The notes under the pieces are model-generated. The model was not told the origin of the DNA and made no database searches. It was given only the letters and a program-made list of their open reading frames with translations. Positions 49,501 to 62,756 of a stretch of DNA of 64,000 bases are shown here, in pieces. Each line of letters opens with the position of its first letter. The first letter of the stretch is position 1. A program made the position numbers and the translations under genes. The stretch is from assembly GCF_964355755.1 (NCBI RefSeq), contig NC_092680.1:20717045-20781044 (forward strand). The letters are read 5' to 3'. Source of the stretch: Antedon mediterranea (Eukaryota > Animalia > Echinodermata).

Positions 49501-52500
49501 TCAATTCTACAAAGACATCAAAGAGATCTTCATCTTCGTTTCTCCACAAATAACGTAGTAACTTTTCCTCAAGAACCCCTTCATTGCTCAGCTTTTCCCA
49601 TAGCATCTGTAATTGCTTCCGATCTTCTGCTTCATTCTGTGCACAAAAAACACAGTAAATATAGAACAACTGATATATTAAAGCAACCAATATAATACCA
49701 AGTTTCAAAACTATAGAAGGCTACATTATTCTGGGTCATATTATTTTACTCTAATGTGAAATCTAGTATTATATATAATATTCCATGCCTATTATATATA
49801 CCTACCACCTCAATAGTTGGCGTAACTACTGTGATAACTTTAGTCAAAATTTGAATCATCCAGCAAAGATTTGTTATCACAATGTCTCTTAATTTCTCAT
49901 TATTCCTGGTATACATGATTATTCCAGTGTCATTCAGATACGTTATCACAGTGGTGAGCACATGTTCGGATATTCCACATTGAGTTGCCATCTCAGATAC
50001 CTAATACAGAATTAACATTTTATTATAATGGTATTACACGAAATTCACTCGACAAATAATAAAACAGGAAAGTACTAGTTTAGTACAGTAATAGTAGTTA
50101 CTGCAACTACAAGTCACTGTATTGGAAATATTATACCAGCTGCTCACGACCGTGTTAAAATGTTTGATTATAATTATTCACTTTCTAAAGTAAACATTCA
50201 GAGTACACATACAACAATTTGAAATGACAGGATACTCTAATTTGCACATATTGCTTCAAATTATCCTAAAATGGCATTTGTTTAAAAACGTTTGTATATA
50301 TACTGCTAATCTGATTTACATCTGCCTATGTTTACATGAAAACCAAATTCATTCAACCCTTACCTCTTTCAAGGTAATGTACAATCTTGTTTTTCCAATT
50401 ATTTGCAACTTTTCCTGCAAATTAACCCACTTTACAGGAACTTTCTCCACCATTGCTTTCATGTATCTACCAACGTTTCGTTTAAGTTTTTCAATACCTT
50501 CATGTGACTTTAAAGTGTTATCCACCATGTACATTTCACGATCTACATGCTTGGCATACGGCATTCCTTTCATTGCATCAAACATCTGCATGAACATCCC
50601 CTCAGCCTTTATTTGATGAAATTGTATAATCATAACATTACTAATTAATAAAGTATGTTTCTTTTCTTTCTTATACTACAAATTTGTTCAGTTTTATTGA
50701 ATAGTTATATAAATGTATACTACAGTTATTACCTTTATCTGTTTTTCTGTTGGTGTTCCTGACAATTTGTCCATATGTGTAGCAATCAAACAGATTGGAG
50801 GTGACTCTATGCTCTTGTCATCAACCAAAATGGGATTTCCTAAATCATGTTGTAACACAGTATGTTCATAGATGGACCTTATCCAGAACAAATTCATGTC
50901 CAAATTGGTCATTCCGAGTGAATCCTGAAATCAAAATCAAATTGTAATTTAAAGTTTACTAACATTATAACTATAATCAATACCAAGTTATGTTTTAAAT
51001 TAAACAATTGACTGTGAATAAATTTGACTTACTATTGACGAATCTCGTGGATTAGCTAATTCATTCAAGTTGTTCGTAACACAAAATGCCACACAATACG
51101 ACACTTTATTTGTGAGGAAAAACTAAAAAAACACAAAAGGCTAATAATGACCATATAATTTTTCCAGTTGGAATTTAAGATTCATTGTAGTTATCTGTGA
51201 ATGTCAAAATGGTCAAAATGTTATACATTGATGTGGGTTTATTTGTAGTAATTACATTACATTGTTTGTTGATAATATTTCCATATATTATTTAAACTTA
51301 AGAAGTTAACAAATGAAATTAGTCTTATCAACAGTATACCCATAAAGGCCAACTCAGACAGCATCGTACAATGAGGCCTGACGAGAAAATTAAACATTTT
51401 TAATGTTTTCCCAACAATCTAAAAACTATGCTCGACGCTATATGAAGACAACTCGTCAGGCCTCGTCTCGTCAACTCAGACAGAACCAATGAGTCAAGAC
51501 CTTTGGTTGGGCCTTAAGAAGGAAGCAAATGATACACTTTATTTAACTATACGCATAAGAAAGAAGCAAAAGATGCACATCTAGTTTTAAATATGATTTT
51601 ACAACACAAATTATCCCAAAATAAAAATAAACATACCCTGTGTGTTATGTAGTAGTCTAGTTGACCAGCGTAGTCCCATATAGTAGTTATGTCACTCACA
51701 TCTACTTTTCCTGTTGCCTTTGTAAAACCTTTCCATGCAATATTCACAACTTTAGCCCAGATTGTGCCATTGCCTTTTAAACACAATAAAAAAAATCACT
51801 ATGGTAATATTGCTTGATCAACCTAAATCTGCATATATAAAAAATAATAACATTCTAATGTTTTAGTATGTGCTTACCTTCATCTAATTCCTTTTCTAAT
51901 GCATTTGCACGAATTTGCTTGGATAGTTCAACACCTTTAATACAAAGCAAGAAAAATGAAACATGTATATTTATAGATCAACAATATTTAAAAATGAAAT
52001 ACATGTTTAAATACATTCTAACATTGTTCTATCATTCTGAACAATGCTTTGTTAGTTTGTTTGATGTAACTCACCATCTACATCTTTCACTTTTTTCCAC
52101 TCTCTACAATCCTTCTTTGTTGCTTGAAACACTGTAGTTGTTACGATACCATCGGTTGATGGCTCTCTGGAATTGAAGCTAATATAACAATGTATAGTAA
52201 AGTTAAACATAATTAAAGAATATTCAAGACTGAAACATATATTATTTACTGAAAAACAGAAATTATAAAAAAATTAAAAAGGCAATCCTAGCTAGCATAG
52301 GTTTACTTTTATACAACTATGCACTTGAGTAAAAAGTTAATACAAAAAATCATCTAATAATAATGTTTAAAATACAAAAATACTAATATTAAACAGGATT
52401 TTACAGTTTCTAAGTTTTCAATAATTCTGTCTGAAAATTCAATTCAATTCAACAGGGAATAATGTTTTTGAATAAGCAAACAGGCTTTCTTTTCAAAGTA

Positions 52501-55500
52501 CTATTGATACATTACTACAACAAATACTTATCGATTTTTTCAGGGAAGAGTGACAATAATTTTAGTATTCCCTGGTTATCTATTACCTTTCACCAAGCAT
52601 AGCCTTTACACAACTAGTCTTGCCAGCACCTTCTTTCCCAAGAAACATACATCTTGAATTCACAACTGCAATTTCACCATTTTGAAGCTCATATTTGTAT
52701 ATTTTAATAGCATATTTACCCTTGGAATATATCTCTGCTGGAACTAATATTTCTAATAAAAAAATATTATTATAACACTTTCAAAATGTCAAATTTCAAA
52801 TTCATTTTTTATTTGTTTTCATACATACCCTCTTACAAGCTAATAATATTAACATCTAAATAGACATTGATAAATAATTTAATTTTTGTCAAAGATGTAT
52901 TGTTCCCCCCAAAACATGAAAAATGAAGACTTTGAATAAGCCATTATCCAGTTATAATAAAGTTATTCAAATTCGTGGAGATAAAAAGAACAAAAATAAT
53001 AATAATTTCACATAACAGGCAAAATAATGTTTGACCGACAATTATGACTATTTTTGGCTTTCAAGTAGGCTACTGTAAATCAATATTTTTTTCGATCCAA
53101 ATTTTGGTCAAAGTGAACTAGCATATTTACCATTGGAATATACTGCTGGAATTAATAAATGTAATATAAAAATATCAAAATTTTAAACAATTTCAAATAT
53201 TGTTATTGTTCATAAATAACCTCCTACAAGTTAAAAATAACAAAGTAAGGCATCACTTACTGTCAAAGTCAAATTTTAAAATCTTCTTTCTTTCATCTGG
53301 GTATATGTATCTATTATTTTCTAAAACAGTCATTGGTGTATTTCCTTCCTATAAACAAATTAATGTTTTAGTTAGTATTAACAAATAATATGAATTGATA
53401 ATATTTGCTACTGAGCGGTACTATCCAGACACCATTATCAAATAAAAACCATTATCAATAGTAGACTATGATATCTATAAATGTGAAAGAGACACACATG
53501 CTAGTATGCTTCATATACAGACACTACTACTTGATAGACCCTACCATTAAAACAATGGTGATTTCATGCACTCTCAAAGTCAGATTAAATAGCAAACTCC
53601 TTTATTGTATTTATTTATTATTAATTAATTAATTTTTAAATTTAACAATTCAACGACATCAAATGAATAATAATAATTTTAAAACGGATATTGTCACTTT
53701 TTAATATATTGGTATCTTTGTTAAACAATAAAAACATATTGGTAAGGTATGGTAGGGACCCTTTCCAAATCTATTTGTGGTACACCCAAAATATCCATAT
53801 CTCTTCACACTACAAAGTTGCATATAATGGTGTGTGTAAATTTATTTCTTTTCTATTGGAAAGGAAATCGGAGATAAATCGGATAGAACCCATATTATAG
53901 TAAGAAGTCTATAAAGGCAATGCGATGATCAAAGGGCAAACTGCTTTTTAGTGAACTACCGTAATCAATACATTTTTATATATTTCATGATGTAAATTAT
54001 GTTATTTGCTAGTTTGTTGTTATTGTATTACAAATAGTTAAAGACTAAAAGTAGAACTGAAAAAATCTTTATATAACTATAATAATCATGAAGTTTTAAA
54101 AAAAACTAGATAAAATATTTTTCTGACACATTAATAATAATAATACATTTTACTCTGTTGTGTTAGGTTTACAATATATACTATATATTATTCATATTAT
54201 GATATTATACCATTCTCAATACAGTAAATAATCCTAATTACAGTATTTTTAATGATAAACAAGACACGTGCAGGAAGTGATTAATTGATTATCGTTATCA
54301 TGAGTGAGAGAAAATATGGCTACAGTTACTGTAACCATATTTTATAGTAAGAATTATCTTTGTAACCTTATGAAATGTTATACCTAGTCTTGAAAATAAT
54401 TTCAATTTGAAATTAGTAAAATTACTTCTTTTTTGTTGATCCACTACAAAAAAAACCCAAACAAGTATGTAATAAGTATGTTGAAGTTCGTGTATGTACT
54501 GTCACACAGTAATTGTGTATTATTGTAAATAAAACAATTACCTTATTTTGCAATGACAATGATGCACCATGCTGTTGTATGAGGAATTTCACTATTTCCA
54601 AGGTACAATATATATTTCCCACATACAAATGAAGTGGAGTGTTTCCATCCTTGATAAACAAAATCATAATCATAAGTTCAACAATATTGATAACAGCTAT
54701 ATAAGTAATTGATAAGTGCTAAATAGACAACCAATAAATGTATAGCAAAACACATCTCATCACAGATGGTAAAGTATACTGTGTGTATTCTCTTGCAACT
54801 TAATCCTGTAGTAAATTTGTTGCAGTTGGTTCATTATAATTTACGTCATTGTCTACCTTTGTTACAGTATCTTTACATAGTAATTTATGCAATCTTATGA
54901 ATTGTTATACCTAGTCTTGAAAATAATTTCATTTTGAAATGAGTAACTTATTTCTTTTTTTGTTGAGCCAATACAAGAAAACAAATAAGTATGTTTAAGA
55001 TTGTGTAAGTACTGTCATACAGTAAATGTATAATTGTGAAAAAAAAATTACCTTATTTTGCAATGTTAGTGATTCACCATCCTGTACGAGGCATGTCACT
55101 ATTTCTGATGCAGGTATATATCTATTACTCACATACAAATGAAGTGGAGTATTTCCATCCTTGATGAACAAAATCATAATCATAAGTTCAACAATATTGA
55201 TAACAGCTATATAAGTAATTGATAAGTGCCAAATAGACAACCAATAAATGTATAGCAAAACACATCTCATCACAGATGGTAAAGTATACTGTGTGTATTC
55301 TCTTGCAACTTAATCCTGTAGTAAATTTGTTGCAGTTGGTTCATTATAATTTACGTCATTGTCTACCTTTGTTACAGTATCTTTACATAGTAATTTATGC
55401 AATCTTATGAATTGTTATACCTAGTCTTGAAAATAATTTCATTTTGAAATGAGTAACTTATTTCTTTTTTGTTGAGCCAATACAAGAAAACAAGTAAGTA

Positions 55501-58500
55501 TGTTTAAGATTGTGTAAGTACTGTCATACAGTAAATGTATAATTGTGAAAAAAAAAATTACCTTATTTTGCAATGTTAGTGATTCACCATCCTGTACGAG
55601 GCATGTCACTATTTCTGATGTAGGTATATATCTATTACTCACATACAAATGAAGTGGAGTATTTCCATCCTTGATGAACAAAATCATAATCATAAGTTCA
55701 ATAATATTAATAACAGCTATATAAGTAATTGATAAGTGCTAAATAGACAACCAATAAATGTATAGCAAAAAACATCTCATCAAAAATGGTAAAGTATACT
55801 GTGTGTATTCTCTTGCAACTTAATCCTGTAGTAAATTTGTTGCAGTGTAAATTCATTATAATTTACATCATTGTCTACCCTACAGTATCTTTACATAGTA
55901 ATTTATGCAATCTTATGAATTGTTACACCTAGTCTTGAAAATAATTTCATTTTGAAATGAGTAAATTATTTCTTTTTTGTTAATCCAATACAACAAAACA
56001 AGTAAGTATGTAAATAAGTATGTGTAAGTTTGATGCGGAATTTCACTATTTTCAAGGTACAATATATATTTCCCACATACAAATGAAGTGGAGTGTTTCC
56101 ATCCTTGATAAACAAAATCATAATCATAAGTTCAATAATAATAATTAATTCCTTTTTGTTGATCCACTACAATAAAAAAGAAAAAAAAAAGTATGTAATA
56201 AGTATGTGTAAATTTGTGTATGTACTGTCATACATTAAGTGTTTATTAGTGAAAAAATTACCTCATTTTGCAATGTTAATGATGAACCTTGATTTATAAA
56301 GAATGTCACTATTTCCAAGGTACACTTTCCATAACACAGATAAACATGAAGTAGAGTGTTTCCATTCTTGATAAACAAAATCATAATCATAAGTTCAATA
56401 ATATTTATAAAATCTATTATAAGTAATTGATAAGTGCTAAATAGACAACCTATAAATTTATAGCAAAACACATCTCATCACAAATGGTAAAGTATACTGT
56501 GTGTATTCTCTTGCAACTTAATCCTGTAGTAAATTTGTTGCAGTTAAGTTCATTATAATTTACATCATTGTCTACATTTGTTACAGTATCTTTACATAGT
56601 AATTTATGCAATCTTATGAATTGTTATACTTAGTCTTGAAAATAATTTCATTTTGAAATTAGTAAATTTTTTCTTTTTTGTTAATCCAATACAAGAAAAC
56701 AAATAAGTATGTAATAAGTATGTGTAAATGTGTGTATGTACTGTCATAAAGTAATTGTGTATTATTGTAAATAAAACAATTACCTTATTTTGCAATGACA
56801 ATGATGCACCATGCTGTTGTATGAGGACTTTCACTATTTCCAAGGTAAAATTTATATTTCCCACATACAAATGAAGTGGAGTGTTTCCATCCTTGATAAA
56901 CAAAATCATAATCATAAGTTCAATAATATTGATAAAATCTATATAAGTAATTGATAAATGCTAAATAGACAACCAATAAATGTATAGCAAAACACATCTC
57001 ATCACAAATGGTAAAGTATACTGTGTGTATTCTCTTGCAACTTAATCCTATAGTAAATTTGTTGCAGTTTAAATTCATTATAATTGTAATAAATGTATGT
57101 AAGTTTGTGTATGTACTGTCATAAAGTAATTGTGTATTATTGTAAATGAAACAATTACCTTATTTTGCAATGACAATGATGCACCATGCTGTTGTATGAA
57201 GACTTTCACTATTTCCAAGGTACACTTTCCATAACACAGATAAAAATGAAGTGGAGTGTTTCCATTCTTGATAAAAAAAATCATAATCATAAGTTCAATA
57301 ATATTGATAACAGCTATATAAGTAATTGATAAGTGCTAAATAGACACAAAAAAAAAAGTATGTAATAAATGTATGTAAGTTTGTGTATGTACTGTCATAA
57401 AGTAATTGTGTATTATTGTAAATAAAACAATTACCTTATTTTGCAATGACAATGATGCCCCATGCTGTTGTATGAGGACTTTCACTATTTCCAAGGTACA
57501 ATTTATATTTGTCACATACAATTGAATTGGAGTGTTTCCATCCTTGATGAATAAAATCATAATCATAAGTTCAATAATATTGATAACAGCTATATAACTA
57601 ATTGATAAGTGCTAAATAGACAACCAATAAATGTATAGCAAAACACATCTCATCACAGATGGTAAAGTATACTGTGTGTATTCTCTTGCAACTTAATCCT
57701 GTAGTAAATTTGTTGCAGTTAAGTTCATTATAATTTACATCATTGTCTACCTTTGTTACAGTATCTTTACATAGTAATTTATGCAATCTTATGAATTGTT
57801 ATACTTAGTCTTGAAAATAATTGCATTTTGAAATGAATAAATTATACATATCTTTTTGTTGATCTAATACAAGAAAAAAAAAGTATGTAATAAATGTATG
57901 TAAGTTTGTGTATGTACTGTCATAAAGTAATTGTGTATTATTGTAAATGAAACAATTACCTTATTTTGCAATGAAAATGATGCAACATTCTGTTGTATGA
58001 GGACTTTCACTATTTCCAAGGTACACTTTCCATAACACAGATAAAAATGAAGTGGAGTGTTTCCATTCTTGATAAACAAAATCATAATCATAAGTTCAAT
58101 AATATTGATAACAGCTATATAAGTAATTGATACATATCTTTTTGTTGATCTAATACAAGAAAAAAAAAGTATGTAATAAATCTATGTAAGTTTGTGTATG
58201 TACTGTCATAAAGTAATTGTGTATTATTGTAAATGAAACAATTACCTTATTTTGCAATGACAATGATGCAACATTCTGTTGTATGAGGACTTTCACTATT
58301 TCCAAGGTACACTTTCCATAACACAGATAAAAATGAAGTGGAGTGTTTCCATTCTTGATAAACAAAATCATAATCATAAGTTCAATAATATTGATAACAG
58401 CTATATAAGTAATTGATAAGTGCTAAATAGACAACAACAAAAAAGTATGTAATAAATGTATGTAAGTTTGTGTATGTACTGTCATAAAGTAATTGTGTAT

Positions 58501-61443
58501 TATTGTAAATAAAACAATTACCTTATTTTGCAATGACAATGATGCACCATGCTGTTGTATGAGGACTTTCACTATTTCCAAGGTACAATTTATATTTCTC
58601 ACATACAAATGAAGTGGAGTGTCTCCATCCTTTATAAACAAAATCATAATCATAAGTTCAATAATATTTATAAAATCTATATAAGTAATTGATAAGTGCT
58701 AAATAGACAACCAATAAATGTATAGCAAAACACATCTCATTACTAATGGTAAAGTATACTGTGTGTATTCTCTTGCAACTTAATCCTGTAGTAAATTTGT
58801 TGCAGTTAAGTTCATTATAATTTACGTCATTGTCTACCTTTGTTACAGTATCTTTACATAGTAATTTATACAATCTTATGAATTGTTATACTTAGTCGTG
58901 AAAATAATTTCATTTTGAAATGAGTAAATTATTTCTTTTTTGTTAATCCAATACAACAAAACAAATAAGTATGTAATAAGTATGTCTAAGGGTCATTCTT
59001 CAGTAAGTGTCTAAAATCGTGTCCCGATACTTTGGTGGGATAGAGACTGAAAATTCATCAATAAAAAATAAAAATTCTTGACTTAAATCATAATCAACAT
59101 TATTGTTAATATAATTAATTACATAAAACAAAGATAATTACATTGATATTCTTAATTTTTATAAAAATGTTTCAGGCAACCCCCTAAAATCTTATGTCCC
59201 GATCGTACATCTTCAATTTTATGATCGCCGTATATATTTGATAACAGGACTTTTGTTATCGAAAATATTGTAAAAAGTTAGTTAATCATGATTTCATGCG
59301 ATTATCTCTACATACATTAAATCTCAAACTTTAAAGTTTTTGTTTGGAAAAAGCTTGTCCCGCAGTTTTGTGTCATTTCCGTCACATAATTTAAATGTAC
59401 CGTCTACAGTTTAATGAATGGCGGAAAAAAAATTGACTGTGCGTTGTAAACATACGAAGATATTGAAATTAAACTAGCCGCACATCATTTTCAATAAAAG
59501 AGGAAAAAAGCTAAAAAAACGAGGTTTTAGAAAAATTACAGCTGCGTACCTTTATTGAATGTCATATCCGAACGGTATAGAACTCATTAAATAATTATAA
59601 TTTCTGTTTTTTTTTCAACTGGAAGTACAAGTTATTCACGGTATCTAGAAGTATGCAATCCGTCTCCGCTGTCAGACATGCCTACGATGTGATCCTAGGC
59701 TGTCCAATGCTAAATACATCATCTCCGTCACGGTCAGCTCCGTCACATTTCCCAATGTTTCGTTGTGACGGAGATGACGGCCCGTGACGGATATGACTTT
59801 TTGTTATTGCCAGGGCCTTTTTTTGTTGTACATTTTGTTTTGTATATCTTTATTATGTTATTACATTGTATATCTATGTGACTCTGGTCAATAAACATAA
59901 TCAAATCATATATTAAAGTCATCTCCGTCACAAGATTTTTTAGGTTCGTCATATCCGTCACGGTTTCATCTCCGTCACATGGATATTTTATCCTTTTAAA
60001 TCCTAAAATATTTAAGTAATGAACGCAATTATGTGGTATATTGAAATATAAACAATATTCTTCTACTATGTCAATGGATAGTAATATTAGTTCAACAGAA
60101 TTTTGTAAAACATCAGTGACAGTCATACTATTTTCTGAAAATTATTATTTTTTGGAATAGTAAATGGTTTTGAACGTATAACATCATACTTATAAATGTT
60201 AAAACAATCATTTTTTTATTAATAGAGACAAAAATAATATATAGTATCAAAGAATTAATAATGGAAATAATTTTATAATTCCTGAACCATTATTTTTTCT
60301 ATCTTTGTATATTCCATAAATGTGACGGAAATGACAGTAACATAGAACCATGTATTTATAAATACGAATAAAATACGAAATATATAATAAAGATTGCGCC
60401 AAACATACGCTTGCCATGTAATACATGTTCATTTATCTGAATAAACTTTTAAAATTTAAAAAATGCAAATTTTAAAATCGATTTTTTATAAACCTGAAAT
60501 TAGACACTTACTGAAGAATGACCCCTAAATGTGTGTATAGTGAAAAAATTACCTTATTTTGCAATGTTAATGATGAACCTTGATTTATAAAGAATGTCAC
60601 TATTTCCAAGTTACAACTTCTATAATGCAGATACAAATGAAGTGGAGTGTTTCCATCCTTGATAAACAAAATCATAATCATAAGTTCAATAATATTGATA
60701 ACAGCTATATAAGTAATTGATAAGTGCTAAATAGACAACCAATAAATGTATAGCATAGCGTCATTTCATATAAGTGTGTTTTGTAAAAAGGAAACGTTCT
60801 CTGTAAATCTAAACTATGCATAATGTATGATTCTTTTTATATACCTCATCAGTAGTTTTTAAAATATCTGGATGTTTCTTGCATATTTGTTCAATTGTTT
60901 TCAAGTCCCTATTACGCACAGCGTGTTTCAACTCGTACCTGTCAAAATGCAAGAAATAATGCATTAATGTATTACCGTAGATTTGATGAGAATAACAGTT
61001 CAGGATAATATTTATAATTTTTATTTTCAGTGTAGCATATGACCATTGTACCCTGTGTTGTTTTTTTTAAATATTAATCTTTTAAATAATTATGCTTGGT
61101 TACACTTGATTCAGCCAAGGATGTTTTTCAGGCACAGCCATAAATAAACAATATAGACACAAAAGAAAACATTAAAAATATAATAATTTAGGTTAGTAAA
61201 CTCATTTCACATTGTTTTTCAATTATTATACACGTCAAAATAACATTTGAGAATGAATCTCATGGTGGATTTAAAATAAAATTTAAAAATCCCACTTCTC
61301 CATTTACAAACATTCATTCTGATTAGTATAAAATGAAATTTACATTTTAATCATTTCTATATTTTTTAATGTTAGCGTATACATCAAATCTTTGCTTGAT
61401 TTGAAGTAAAAAATAAAACAACATACCACTTAGTTGAAGACAT
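45970..61443 (-). CDS. Gene B: ankyrin repeat - ROC - COR - tandem DED-like ROCO family protein
   Basis: Exons 61443-61427 (MSSTKW), 60938-60845 (N-cap); ankyrin exons 60657-60553, 58629-58522, 58353-58246, 58067-57960, 57542-57435, 57266-57159, 56891-56784, 56366-56262, 55669-55562, 55159-55052, 54649-54542; C-cap 53348-53261; ROC 52752-52587 (P-loop GKEGAGKTS), 52178-52075 (STDGI), 51934-51878, 51773-51637 (WDYAGQ), 51122-51033, 50924-50733 (ATHMDK); COR 50606-50364, 50000-49806, 49636-49466, 49368-49066 (FLVPC), 48610-48506, 48308-48104; linker 47967-47869; death-fold exon 47266-46712; tail 46505-45970. Splice phases are consistent throughout. No kinase domain. Confidence 0.88.
46712..47266 (-). 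CDS. Tandem death-effector-domain-like exon of gene B
   Basis: FNNLKYNL..LKCCLFDVIP..ATDLFNIL..NDVTILFEV followed by LSSYRKRLF..EL..WDVVFNLE; pattern resembles tandem DEDs (recognised by eye, no HMM). Confidence 0.65.
51346..51514. mobile_element. MITE (PIF/Harbinger-like), intronic
   Basis: AGGCC...GGCCT ends, TAA on both sides, internal inverted repeat aggcctgacgag / ctcgtcaggcct. Confidence 0.65.
53890..60760 (-). repeat. Ankyrin exon-intron tandem array of gene B (11 intact exons, 1 truncated)
   Basis: Same unit family as the gene A arrays; half-exon at about 56103-56035. Confidence 0.95.
58990..60524. mobile_element. Non-autonomous TIR DNA transposon (Sola2-like), 1535 bp
   Basis: 25-bp perfect TIR GGGTCATTCTTCAGTAAGTGTCTAA, 4-bp TSD CTAA, internal CCGTCAC repeats; superfamily inferred from GRG..CYC termini and 4-bp TSD. 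Confidence 0.8.
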
Positions 61444-61801
61444 ACTGGGTATTCATTTACCATTAATCGTGTCAGTGACTTATTAAAAAGAAAATAGGAA
61501 AGACAAGGTGTAAATTATGTAATCTTTTCTGATAAAACTATTTTTTCTTCTCATTTTCTGAATAATTCTTCTCTGGCACTTTTTAGGCATCAGTTTATAA
61601 TCAATTATTTTTTCTGAAATTTTCATATCCATAACACTAATTGTTTAGGATTACTGATTACTTTTGCTAGATTAACCACATAAAAAAATAACTTTTGTCA
61701 TAGGCCTACTGAATCAGTAGCAAATCAATGCAAAAACTACTACTGTCTGTAAGTAACCTTTAGTATGGTACAAAAGAGGTACTATATATTCTTTCGCCTA
61801 A

Positions 61802-61990
61802 AGGCCAATTTACACAGACGAGCGGTAACGGTAATAAAAATATAGAATCTATGTTATTCCTTGACCATTTACACACAACGCAGAGCGGACGGGGGGGGGG
61901 GGGGGGTTTCCGCTAAGGATAGATACAGATACGTTGGATAAGTATGCAGTTTTCCGCTTACCGTCACCGTTCGTCTGTGTAAATTGGCCT
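61802..61990. mobile_element. MITE (PIF/Harbinger-like) upstream of gene B
   Basis: TIR AGGCCAATTTACACAGACG / CGTCTGTGTAAATTGGCCT. Confidence 0.8.
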
Positions 61991-62756
61991 CAATAGTACA
62001 TTCAAATAGTGTTAACAAACAATAGGTCTGTATTACCACCAGTGTAAAGAACGTCCTGGTATTTGAACAAATGTACCAACAATTTAACTTGACTGTAGTT
62101 TTGGAAATATAAAAATGTTGTGTTAGAGACATTGTATTTTCGATCATTTTTCAACGACATTTAATGTTCAAAAACAATAAATATTTATAAATTATTTACT
62201 GTTTTTGAGATCTTATATCAAGTCTCTACACACTTTGTAAATATTTCATAAATGATAGAAACGATCCGTCGGGTTGCAGACAAATATAAATACTGTAGTC
62301 ATTATTTGCTGTCGGAAGTTCGGCAACATTATTCCGTAAAAGCAGAGGCTGATATAAACTACTTAAAAAAGTCATTATTTTATTTTTTTAAAACAAGGGT
62401 GTTACTAACACACCTGCTTCCATGATAGCCACATCTGTGTAGATAATAACTTAGTAGTTCAATTGGCAGTGAGGCAAGACAAAATTTATGCAGCAAGACA
62501 TTATTTTACATCAAAGATCAAAGAGCTTATAAATACCAATCAAGCACCGAATAGTCATTTAATTGTTGCTAATTTGCAACTGTCATCGGAAGAGTGTTGG
62601 TGAGATAATATAAAAAAGGGTGAATACAGATGACATATATTAATATCTGTTGAGGGTTAGGGCTATCTATTTAGATATATTATAAAAGTATAAATAATTG
62701 ATTGATACTATCATTGCATAGTACAGCATGCTAAGATATGCCTCGCACGTTTTGAA

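Noticed and set aside
344-58873. Many short ORFs starting MIMILFIK, MHKLLCKD or MCSIIHLL as separate small genes
   Set aside because: Intron read-through around single ankyrin exons, or purely intronic repeat sequence; AG and GT sites delimit the real exons
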